Origin: an uncultured Eubacteriales bacterium
GTDB taxonomy: Bacteria; Bacillota; Clostridia; Oscillospirales; CAG-272
DNA length: 64,000 nucleotides
Reading direction: 5' to 3'
Assembly (NCBI GenBank): GCA_949451655.1
Contig: CASTST010000002.1
Location: forward strand, 2,201-66,200
Shown: positions 28,966 to 37,675 of the stretch, piece after piece
Layout of the letters: every line of letters begins with the position of its first letter
How positions within the stretch are numbered: the stretch's first letter is position 1
The notes under the pieces: generated by a model
Seen by the model: the letters and a program-made list of their open reading frames with translations, nothing else
The model's database searches: none
What the model was told of the DNA's origin: nothing
Made by a program: the position numbers and the translations under genes

Positions 28966-31900
28966 ATGAACAAGCAACAGGGGATGATAGAAATGGATAA
29001 ACGGATTTTCGCTTCTATGATCGTGAAGCATTGGTATCTGCTGGAGTTTTTGGGGCAATCCGATTTTCCCGTACAAAGTCGGGACAGCCGCGAGCTTTGT
29101 TCAAAAGCGGCCAAAGGAGAAACGCGTACGAAACAGATCACGGTGTATCGTTTGCTATCCGATCAAGCGGACACACACGCTAAAAATCAAAGATCGGTCT
29201 TTATAGAGCCGTATACAGCACTGCAAAGCGATGCACATGTTTATACTTCATATGGTGTGCTATCGGATGAAATCCATATTTGTTTGGGGAAGATAGAACG
29301 CTACCTGTTTGCTGAGCGCTTACAGCAAACTTTTCATCAGGATTTGGAGTTGCCGGAGAAAAACGGCAAACCTGTATGCCTCATAGGCCTGAAGTGTGAT
29401 GAACAAGGGAAGTATATTCCAGGCAGCATTCAAGTGTCCCCGTTGGCTTGGGGGATCTATCAGCTTCTACATCACGCCGAACAATTGACAAAAGAGAATA
29501 TGGCGGACTTTTTATCCATGAATTCCTATGAGTCCGATATGCAATTTTTTGACAATCAAATGGTAGAAGTGACGGAGGAAAGGCGTGTTGGACAACTGCT
29601 CACATCGGATTTGCTGAATTCTATTAGGGATCAAGCAGAAAGAAAATATTTGGTGAATATTATCCAGCGGGAACAGGAAATAAATTGGGACGGTGTCATG
29701 ATTTATCGCCGGTATAGGACCGAAGAGAATAAGGCGCGGGATACAGACGTTTTTCACGATAGTGACTTGGCCAACAGCTTTTTTGCAGATGATCTGCACA
29801 TGGTGGAAACAGCGATTAGCGATAGAGAGTTCGGCAAAAATCCGTTGGAACAGGCGATATTGGATTACATAACTGGGGTATATGCGGAAGAAAACCCAGA
29901 GCTGCATTGGCTGGATTTTCAAAATCGTATCGATGTGCACAATGTTTGGAACAACGGAAAGGAAGAAAATCGCACCGACTTTTTCCACCGCCATTTGGAT
30001 ATTGCAAAAGCTCCTCTTGGCAAATGGCCGTCCAAATTTATGCCTTGCTTGATGCAGCAGTTGGCAGTCAATTTGAGCTGGCGTCCGTCGCCGGATAACC
30101 TGCCCATTTTTTCTGTGAACGGTCCTCCTGGTACAGGAAAGACTACTCTGCTGAAGGAAATCATAGCCGGCAATATCGTGGAGCGGGCAGATTTGCTTAC
30201 CCACTATCAAGACCCGGATGACGCCTTTATTCAACGTCGCTTTCAAGATGGAGATAAGATGCACAGGGGATATTCTCAATATTGCTGGGGATATTACGAC
30301 TTTGCCGATGAACAACTGAAAGACTACGGGATGCTGGTGGCCTCGTGCAATAACGCCGCTGTGGAGAATATCACGAAGGAGCTGCCGGATGGGATGGCCC
30401 TGTTGAAAGGGATAGAGCCTGGTAAGAAGGAAGATGAGGCCGTTCGTCAAGGCCTTTTGGAAATACAGAAATTGTTTGAAATAGATGAGGCGGACAAAGA
30501 AACCTATAGAGTATGGAATCAAGAAAGATATGAATCCAAAACCTATCCGGATATCTATTTTACAAAGTTAGCCAACGATTTGGCGAAAAGGAAAGAGGGG
30601 GAATGGGATCGTTGGGGATTGATTTCTGCGCCGTTCGGGAAGATGAGCAATCTGAAGGAATATATGTATGCTGTCTTAAAAACCTATATCGGAAGCTTTG
30701 GTTCCAATGACAGCATTCAGCAGCACAAAGAGGAGTATATAGGTGCTGCCCAGCGTTTCAAGAGACAGCATGAAAAAGTCAGACAAATGGAACAAGAGCT
30801 CCAACAGATCAGCGGTGCAAGGAAACGCTTTACAGAACAACAAGCGTCGCTGGACAATCAAGCCCAAAGGACAAGAGATCTTCAATCCCAACGAGAACGG
30901 GATGCGGAAGAGTTGCTGAAGAACTTGCAGGAGCTGGCGCAGCAGTCAAAACTGGCGGAACATACCTTGAACGATTATCAGGGAGAATTGGCCGATTTAC
31001 AGCATCGGAAATCCTTCCAGGACGAAAATCAAGTGAATGCGGAAAATCAAGTCCAGGAACTCCGCCAGCAAATTATAGAGCTGGAAAACAGTCGTCAGTT
31101 TCGAGACATTGTTCTTGAAATTTTCCGTCGGCCCACCATGTTGTCTCGTACCATCCAGGAGCAGTATCGAGCCTTGGCCACGGCGGAACAGCACCTTCAA
31201 GATGAGGCGGCGAAGACGGGACAGCTGCAGCAGGAATTGGAACGTCAAAACCGGAAATGTAATTTACAAAGCGATGTCATAAGCAGCCTTGAAAATCAGC
31301 AAAACCAACTTTCAGAAAAACGAAGAAACTGTCTTGAAGAGGTAACCCGGCTGCGCCTGCAAACGGAGGAATGCTTAAAGAAGATCACACAGGCCCGCAA
31401 GTCCTATATATCGCTTTTGAAGGAGGCTTCCGAGCAGCGCGGCGCTCAGGCGATGACGGTACTGGATGAAGCGTTCTTCCATCTGTATGATAGTGAAGAG
31501 GACAAAGAATCCACTGCGGCACAGGTGGCTAATCCCTGGCACACAGCGGCCTATAATCGGGAGAGGGAGAAGTTGTTCTATGAAGCGTTAAAGCTTCATA
31601 AGGCGTTCTTATTAGGATCGAAAGCTTGTTTATGGAATTTTAAGAATCTGTTATTGCTGTGGAAAGAACCGGGGGATGATGGTAAGACTCCTGCAGCATT
31701 TTCTCAGCGCGACCGGGAAGCAGCGTTCGGTTCTTTGCTGAACACGGTGTTTTTGCTGACCCCTGTGCTTTCCACTACGTTCGCATCCGCGGGGAATATG
31801 CTGTCATCCATTCGGCATCCAGGAGAAATCGGCTGCCTGATTATCGACGAGGCTGGACAAGCCGCGCCGCAGATGGCGTTGGGATCCCTTTTCCGCTGCC

Positions 31901-33417
31901 GCCGTGCGATCGTGGTTGGTGATCCCAAGCAGGTGGAACCAGTTGTGACGGATGAAATGGATTTGATCAAACAGGTGATCCAAAACGATTATACCAGCTA
32001 TTATCAATCCAAGATCCACTCGGTTCAAGGCTTTGCCGATCGGCTGAGCACCGTAGGGACAACCTATGCCGATGGCGAACAGAAAACTTGGGTAGGATGT
32101 CCATTGGTCGTACATCGGCGTTGTATCAGCCCTATGTTTGAATTGTCCAACGCACTGTCTTATAACCACATGATGAAACAGCAGACTGCTCTGCCGGGAT
32201 CTGAAAAAGAAGCCAGATTCTGTCAGAGAAGCTCCGGCTGGATCAATGTCAGCGGAAGCGAGAACAGCAGAGCGGGCAAGGATCATTTTGTGGAAGCGCA
32301 GGGAAGAAAAGCGTGGGAACTTATCCGAGAATCATTTCGGTTATCCGAAGAAATACCGAACCTTTTCGTCATTACCCCGTTTACTACTGTGCGGGACGGC
32401 ATGAAGAAGTTGATTCGATCTCAGCCGGAGTACCGGGAGGATGAACGATTTGCCGAGTGGGTTGAAAACAACATAGGAACCGTGCACACCTTCCAGGGCA
32501 AAGAAGCGGATCAGGTCATTTTTCTGCTTGGATGCGATAAGAATGCCTTGCCGGCTGTTCGTTGGGTAAACGCTAATATTGTCAATGTGGCAGCTACCAG
32601 GGCCAAGTACCGTTTGTATGTAATCGGTGATTATACTGTTTGGCAGCATTCCGTTCTATTCCAAAAGGTAAAGGGAATTCTGGACAGCTATGCTCTTCAC
32701 GCCCTGCAAAAAGCGGCGGACAATCCCGATGTGCCGCGAAATGAAAAACAGATAGAGCAGTTGTTGCAAGAAGTGCCTGGCGCTGACTCCTTGACAATAG
32801 ATGGGGAATTGGATGATTGCCTGGTAGCACCCCTTTTTCAAGAGTTGGACGGTTTGTGGAAAAATAGTTCACTCACACCGGCACAGTTGGCGGCGTTCGG
32901 CCTTTCTGCATCCGATATGAAAAGTTTACCGTCGAAAATTCAGCAAAGGCTTACCAGCAGTATACTGCTGCATGAGCTGTTTGCCACGATGAGAGAACGG
33001 TATAACCTGGAAGATATGGATGCATCCTGTGCAGGCATCTTGTTCTGCAAGACGATGGAATCTATGCTGAAAGAAATGCTCTTAGGGAAATTGAAAGCAC
33101 TGTTTCCGGACGAGAAGACAAGTAAGGGAAAACTTTGTGATATAAAGGATCATAAAGTAACAACCGGTACCTTTACAACTCTTCTAAATAAAGAAGAATT
33201 GCGCTCCCGGTTAGCTTCCCGCAGGGCTATCCTGTTTGAACAGGTTTGCGATGATCGGTGGTGGAAAGAATATGCCGAGGAATTAGAAAAATTTCGTTTG
33301 CTGCGCAACACCTGCTGTCATTCCGAACCGCTGAACTGGCAGCAGGAGAACGAACTGATACAGATCCTTTTTGCTAAACAGGAGTTTATCAAAACACGGG
33401 TTGGCGATGCCTTGTGA
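28966..33417 (+). CDS. 1483-aa Upf1/DNA2-like SF1B helicase with coiled-coil insertion and C-terminal HEPN-like domain
   Basis: Motif I NGPPGTGKTT (30121-30144). Ia MLVASCNNAAVENI. II LIIDEAGQA (31837-31863). III AIVVGDPKQVEPV. HRRC motif. V TVHTFQGKEADQVIF. VI NVAATRAKYRLYVIGD. Heptad/Q-E-R-rich segment at about aa 585-830. C-terminal LLRNTCCHSEP (Rx4H, 33304-33321). Start could also be 28984 or 28993. Confidence 0.9.
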   Translation: MNKQQGMIEMDKRIFASMIVKHWYLLEFLGQSDFPVQSRDSRELCSKAAKGETRTKQITVYRLLSDQADTHAKNQRSVFIEPYTALQSDAHVYTSYGVLSDEIHICLGKIERYLFAERLQQTFHQDLELPEKNGKPVCLIGLKCDEQGKYIPGSIQVSPLAWGIYQLLHHAEQLTKENMADFLSMNSYESDMQFFDNQMVEVTEERRVGQLLTSDLLNSIRDQAERKYLVNIIQREQEINWDGVMIYRRYRTEENKARDTDVFHDSDLANSFFADDLHMVETAISDREFGKNPLEQAILDYITGVYAEENPELHWLDFQNRIDVHNVWNNGKEENRTDFFHRHLDIAKAPLGKWPSKFMPCLMQQLAVNLSWRPSPDNLPIFSVNGPPGTGKTTLLKEIIAGNIVERADLLTHYQDPDDAFIQRRFQDGDKMHRGYSQYCWGYYDFADEQLKDYGMLVASCNNAAVENITKELPDGMALLKGIEPGKKEDEAVRQGLLEIQKLFEIDEADKETYRVWNQERYESKTYPDIYFTKLANDLAKRKEGEWDRWGLISAPFGKMSNLKEYMYAVLKTYIGSFGSNDSIQQHKEEYIGAAQRFKRQHEKVRQMEQELQQISGARKRFTEQQASLDNQAQRTRDLQSQRERDAEELLKNLQELAQQSKLAEHTLNDYQGELADLQHRKSFQDENQVNAENQVQELRQQIIELENSRQFRDIVLEIFRRPTMLSRTIQEQYRALATAEQHLQDEAAKTGQLQQELERQNRKCNLQSDVISSLENQQNQLSEKRRNCLEEVTRLRLQTEECLKKITQARKSYISLLKEASEQRGAQAMTVLDEAFFHLYDSEEDKESTAAQVANPWHTAAYNREREKLFYEALKLHKAFLLGSKACLWNFKNLLLLWKEPGDDGKTPAAFSQRDREAAFGSLLNTVFLLTPVLSTTFASAGNMLSSIRHPGEIGCLIIDEAGQAAPQMALGSLFRCRRAIVVGDPKQVEPVVTDEMDLIKQVIQNDYTSYYQSKIHSVQGFADRLSTVGTTYADGEQKTWVGCPLVVHRRCISPMFELSNALSYNHMMKQQTALPGSEKEARFCQRSSGWINVSGSENSRAGKDHFVEAQGRKAWELIRESFRLSEEIPNLFVITPFTTVRDGMKKLIRSQPEYREDERFAEWVENNIGTVHTFQGKEADQVIFLLGCDKNALPAVRWVNANIVNVAATRAKYRLYVIGDYTVWQHSVLFQKVKGILDSYALHALQKAADNPDVPRNEKQIEQLLQEVPGADSLTIDGELDDCLVAPLFQELDGLWKNSSLTPAQLAAFGLSASDMKSLPSKIQQRLTSSILLHELFATMRERYNLEDMDASCAGILFCKTMESMLKEMLLGKLKALFPDEKTSKGKLCDIKDHKVTTGTFTTLLNKEELRSRLASRRAILFEQVCDDRWWKEYAEELEKFRLLRNTCCHSEPLNWQQENELIQILFAKQEFIKTRVGDAL

Positions 33418-33468
33418 TGACGTTTGAAAATATCCAGAACCGATTTTGTGAAAACGGAGGGAAGACGA

Positions 33469-34197
33469 ATGCATGGAAAGCTTTATTTAGAAGTTCCTTA
33501 TGCAGAAAAGGAACTCGCAAAGAGCTTGGGTGCCCAGTGGGATCCTAAGCTGAAAAAGTGGTTTTATCAAGGGCCGGTAAGCGACTATGTGAAGTTTGCG
33601 CGCTGGATTGCAGGAAACCGGGAGCTGACCATTATCGCGCATGAGTATATCTATATCGTGGAAGGAACACAGACTTGCTTTCGCTGTGGAAAGCCCACAC
33701 ATGTAATCGGCCTGGGAATTGGAGAACACACAAGATTATACTGCAATGATGACGGCAGCTTTGAGAGTGAAACCATTGAAGATTTGGTGGGATATGAGCC
33801 GCTGTTTCTTTCGTGGGTAGACGATGAAAAGGATATACCGCCAGCCCTATTAAAGTACATAAAGCAAAAATATAATGTGCGCACCGGATTTTCCAAGACA
33901 GCAGGAGAGTGCTTTGCAAATCACTGCGATCACTGCGGAGTGATACAGGGAAATTGGTATTTGTTTGAGGAGGACAGCCCTCTTACTGCTTTTATCCCGG
34001 ACGGGCCAGAGTTAAGGGATAAGTTAAGCAAACTGAAGATCTACAGTATCGGGATTGATGAAAATTTAGTTTTGGATTGGAATTTTGGTATGGGAGATAA
34101 TGATGAGCTTTATTTCAAATATTGTCCCACCAAAGAGTTGATCTTGCCTCCTAGCGACGATGCATACATCACCTATGCTGATATGTATAAACCGTAA
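33469..34197 (+). CDS. DUF5710-like N-terminal domain protein with CxxC...CxxC module
   Basis: ATG 33469, 7 nt after GGAGGG. KLYLEVPYAEKELAKSLGAQWDPKLKKWFY matches the DUF5710 pattern. CFRCGK and CDHCG pairs lie about 85 aa apart. The ORF track's upstream TTG start at 33424 is less likely. Confidence 0.7.
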   Translation: MHGKLYLEVPYAEKELAKSLGAQWDPKLKKWFYQGPVSDYVKFARWIAGNRELTIIAHEYIYIVEGTQTCFRCGKPTHVIGLGIGEHTRLYCNDDGSFESETIEDLVGYEPLFLSWVDDEKDIPPALLKYIKQKYNVRTGFSKTAGECFANHCDHCGVIQGNWYLFEEDSPLTAFIPDGPELRDKLSKLKIYSIGIDENLVLDWNFGMGDNDELYFKYCPTKELILPPSDDAYITYADMYKP

Positions 34198-34298
34198 ATG
34201 GCTGTATTTTATGCTTCATCAAAGCTTAAGAACGCCAAATTTTTCGCCCTTCATATTGACTTTCCAGCTAAAACCTGCTATTATAAATATACAGAAAA

Positions 34299-34335
34299 GC
34301 GGTGCAGGGAAAGTGTCCCCGCACCGCTCTTTTTT
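34299..34335 (+). terminator. Intrinsic terminator closing the cassette
   Basis: GCGGTGCAGGG-AAAGTGT-CCCCGCACCGC followed by TCTTTTTT. A second hairpin GAAGCCCTCGGAA..TTCCGAGGGCTTC lies at about 34377-34427. Confidence 0.75.
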
Positions 34336-34592
34336 GGAGATGCAATGTATATTGGGTGAGTAATTTTATTCAAAAGAAGAAGCCCTCGGAAATGCGCACA
34401 CACCATGCACTTCCGAGGGCTTCTTTATTCCAGCTCAATACCCTATAGTACCAATCATTACTGTTTTATGTTGGTTGTTTCGCCTTCTGTTTTTCAGTAA
34501 ACTGTTTCCAGTAAAAAGTGAAACGATAGAGGAGAAAGCTTGACGATGATAGAAATGCTGAGATTGAAAACCTGCTGGGCAATGGCAATAAA

Positions 34593-35462
34593 ATGATGAA
34601 AGGGATTTTGCTTGCAGGCGGTAAGGCGACGCGGTTTCGACCAGCAACACAGGCAGTTTCCAAACAACTGCTATGCGTGTATGATAAACCGTTGATCTAT
34701 TACCCGCTAACGATGCTGATCGAAATGGGGATTCAGGAAATCGCCATCATTGCGGCAGGAGAAACAGTAGATGTCTATCGCAAGCTACTGGGAGATGGCA
34801 GCCGATTTGGAACAACTTTTACCTACTTGACACAGCCGGAACCGGGCGGAATCGCACAGGCATTTTTAATCGCACGCCATTTTATCGGAAAAGAAAAAGT
34901 TTGTCTGCTGCTTGGGGACAATATCTTTTTGAACGCACATCCCAATCGTATCGCCGCTATGGCTGCAAATACGGATAATGCGTATATATTAGCACTCCCG
35001 CATCGAAACCCGTCCCAATATGGTGTCGTTTCATGCAGCAGACGCGGGGAGGTCCTTTCTATAGAGGAAAAACCGCAAAAACCGCAATCTCATTTTATCG
35101 TGCCCGGCTTGTACTTTTATAACGCTTCTGTGGTACAAACAGCAGAAAATCTGCAGGTTTCCCCCCGAGGGGAATTGGAAATCACAGATATCAACAAATA
35201 CTACTGGAAAAAATCCACCTTAAAAGTTATTTATCCCAGCAAAAAAACGAAGTGGTTTGATGCCGGATGTCCCGAGGATCTATATCATGCAGTACGGGTG
35301 GTTCGTCAAAAGCAAAAACAAACGGGAAAACAAATCGGATGTCCCGAAGAGGCTGCCTTTCGACAAGGCTGGATCGGGCGGCGCGAATTGGAACAAAGCA
35401 TGAGACAAAATTGTCATTCAGCGTATGGACAATATTTAATGGAGCTGATGGAACATGCATAA
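34593..35462 (+). CDS. rfbA: Glucose-1-phosphate thymidylyltransferase
   Basis: MKGILLAGGKATRFRPATQAVSKQLLCVYDKPLIYYPL and LGDNIF motifs. Confidence 0.85.
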   Translation: MMKGILLAGGKATRFRPATQAVSKQLLCVYDKPLIYYPLTMLIEMGIQEIAIIAAGETVDVYRKLLGDGSRFGTTFTYLTQPEPGGIAQAFLIARHFIGKEKVCLLLGDNIFLNAHPNRIAAMAANTDNAYILALPHRNPSQYGVVSCSRRGEVLSIEEKPQKPQSHFIVPGLYFYNASVVQTAENLQVSPRGELEITDINKYYWKKSTLKVIYPSKKTKWFDAGCPEDLYHAVRVVRQKQKQTGKQIGCPEEAAFRQGWIGRRELEQSMRQNCHSAYGQYLMELMEHA

Positions 35463-35998
35463 ACGCATGATGATAACCGGTGCGGGCGGTATGGTCGGCA
35501 GACAGGCTGTACACTATTTTCGTGAAAGTTATGCAGTGACCGCGCTGACCAGAACCATAGTATCCATAGCAGACAAGGAATCTGTGAAGCAGGATTTCAA
35601 ATTGTAAAACCCGATAAGCCTTTACAGTCGGACAAAAGCTTGAAATTTTAGGAAATCAATATGGCAATCCAACCAGCGTGTCAGAGCTATTAAATATGAT
35701 TGCCTTGCTTTAACAAACAAAAGCATACGGTATTTATCATGCTGTATGTCTTGGAAGAACAAGCCGGTTGCACTTTGCCAGGCAAATCATCCTGGAAGCG
35801 GGATTGGATGTTCCCGCTCAGGAGATAAACAAAGATAGAGAACCCATATTGGACACATCCCTTTCAACAAAAAAACTACAGCAGATAATCCAATATACCC
35901 CTGTCCATTGGGATAAAGCACTCACAGACTATATAGACGAGGCAAAATATGAAAATTTTATCCAGTGTCCTGAACGGAGTTTTAAAAATCGGGGCTAA
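35455..35998 (+). pseudogene. rfbD: dTDP-4-dehydrorhamnose reductase remnant (internal deletion, stops and frameshifts)
   Basis: N-terminal piece MMITGAGGMVGRQ..VTALTR..ADKESVKQDF then a stop at 35605. Out-of-frame middle piece GNQYGNPTSVSELLNMIALL / YGIYHAV. C-terminal piece FARQIILEAGLDV..PVHWDKALTDYI (ORF 35768..35998). Far too short for an intact RfbD. Confidence 0.7.
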
Positions 35999-36497
35999 GC
36001 AACATAACGATTCGCGCGGCTGGTTTTGTGAGGGATACCGGCAGGACACCTTTCAACAGCTGCAGATACATAATGTTTTTGTGCAGGATAATTATTCGCA
36101 CACCATAAAAAGAGGAACGATCCGCGGATTGCATTATCAGAAGGAACCGTATGCGCAGACCAAGCTGTTCCGCTGCATCAGCGGCGCAGTATACGATGTG
36201 GTAGTAGATCTTCGACAGCACTCTGCAACGTATCTTCAATGGGCTGGATTTGTGTTAAGTGGAGACCGATTTGAATGGCTGCTCGTCCCCAAAGGGTTTG
36301 CACATGGATTTCAGGCACTTTGCGATCACTGTGACGTGCAATACAAGGTGGATGAAACCTATCATCCGGATGCGGAGCGGTGTATCTGCTGGAATGATCC
36401 GACACTGGGAATTACCTGGCCTGTCCCACAGGTAATTTTATCTGCAAAAGACCGGCAGGGTATGAGGATTGCCGAACTCGGGCATACAGGAGAATAG
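35949..36497 (+). CDS. rfbC: dTDP-4-dehydrorhamnose 3,5-epimerase
   Basis: DSRGWFCE, RGLHYQ, KLFRCISGAVYDVVVDLR and VPKGFAHGF motifs. Confidence 0.85.
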   Translation: MKILSSVLNGVLKIGAKQHNDSRGWFCEGYRQDTFQQLQIHNVFVQDNYSHTIKRGTIRGLHYQKEPYAQTKLFRCISGAVYDVVVDLRQHSATYLQWAGFVLSGDRFEWLLVPKGFAHGFQALCDHCDVQYKVDETYHPDAERCICWNDPTLGITWPVPQVILSAKDRQGMRIAELGHTGE

Positions 36498-36501
36498 AAT
36501 C

Positions 36502-37524
36502 ATGCTAACCAATCAATTTAATCCTCAGGATAAGTTGCTGCAATACATAGACAAAATCAATGCTTTTCTGTCTATTGGAAAAACCTTGGTGGTTGCAGAA
36601 CTGGATTTGACCAACCGCTGCAACAATCGCTGCCCTGCCTGTATTGGAAAAAACACAGTGAAAGACGAGCTGACGTGGAATGAAATCCAACGAATTGCAG
36701 ATGGTCTACAGGAGTTGGATTGCAAAGGAGTCATTTTAAGCGGAGGGGGAGAACCATTGCTCCATCCCCTGTTTATACAAACAATTGCACTTTTGCAGGA
36801 AAAAGGATTACAAATCGGCATCAACACAAATGGCCTGGCGCTGGATCAAGAGAAGGCGGAAGCGATTGTCAAATACTGCAAATACTGTCGAATTAGCCTA
36901 GATAGCGGGGATGCCGAATTTTATCGAAAAACGCACGGAATGGATGCACAAGCATTTGACAATGTTGTGAAAAATATCCGCCTTTTCGCTGCTGTCAAAA
37001 AGAGAGCAGGCGCGCTTTTAAGCCTTGGGACAGGCTTTTTAACGAGCAAGGAAACTGTCGGGCAAATGGAACGCTTTGTAAAATTGTCCCAAGAATGCGG
37101 CGTGGATTTTGCTCAATTCCGTCCGTTTCAGGAAGATACAACGGATATTTCGGCGGAATATGAGCGATTAAAAAAAATATATGATAAGGACGGATTTCGG
37201 GTAGTAGCATCACAGCAAAAATACAAAGCCTTCAAAGAAGGAAAAAAGAAACCATATAATCGCTGCCGCGGTATGTTTTTTTCCACTGTCATCACCGCAA
37301 ACGCCAGGGTTTATGCCTGCCTTCATCACCGGCAGGATCCCCGCTATCTGATTGGAGATATGCGGGCGGGAATTTCACTGGTTGACATTTGGAACTCCCA
37401 TCGGAAATGGCAGGTGTTTGAACAAATTGACGTGCAAGAATGTCCTGCTTTCTGCCGTAATGATGCAATCAACCGGACGTTGGATGGATTGAGTGAAAAG
37501 GTATTTCATCAGGAATTTTTATGA
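36502..37524 (+). CDS. Radical SAM protein
   Basis: CNNRCPAC (Cx3Cx2C) cluster motif in LDLTNRCNNRCPACIG, plus GGGEPLLHP. Start ATG 36502 with RBS AGGAGA. A terminator hairpin AATTCCCCGGC..GCCGGGGAAT follows. Confidence 0.75.
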   Translation: MLTNQFNPQDKLLQYIDKINAFLSIGKTLVVAELDLTNRCNNRCPACIGKNTVKDELTWNEIQRIADGLQELDCKGVILSGGGEPLLHPLFIQTIALLQEKGLQIGINTNGLALDQEKAEAIVKYCKYCRISLDSGDAEFYRKTHGMDAQAFDNVVKNIRLFAAVKKRAGALLSLGTGFLTSKETVGQMERFVKLSQECGVDFAQFRPFQEDTTDISAEYERLKKIYDKDGFRVVASQQKYKAFKEGKKKPYNRCRGMFFSTVITANARVYACLHHRQDPRYLIGDMRAGISLVDIWNSHRKWQVFEQIDVQECPAFCRNDAINRTLDGLSEKVFHQEFL

Positions 37525-37611
37525 TTTACATAAGCAATTCCCCGGCACATGCCGGGGAATGAACTTCTTTAGAATGAAAAACACAAAGAAAGGAAAAATC
37601 AGAGGGAACAA

Positions 37612-37639
37612 TTGACAAGTATATTTAAACAGTTATAAT
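37612..37639 (+). promoter_or_regulatory. Consensus-like promoter upstream of ORF 37676
   Basis: TTGACA (37612-37617), 16 nt, TATAAT (37634-37639). Confidence 0.55.
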
Positions 37640-37675
37640 AAGAAGTGTAGTTATATTTAAAATCGGGGGAAAAAT

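Noticed and set aside
23527-34197. Prophage or ICE interpretation of the serine-recombinase segment
   Set aside because: No capsid, terminase, tail, relaxase, coupling-protein or T4SS-like ORFs are present. It is too small and its cargo is dominated by the three-gene cassette. A small integrative element or a remnant is more consistent.
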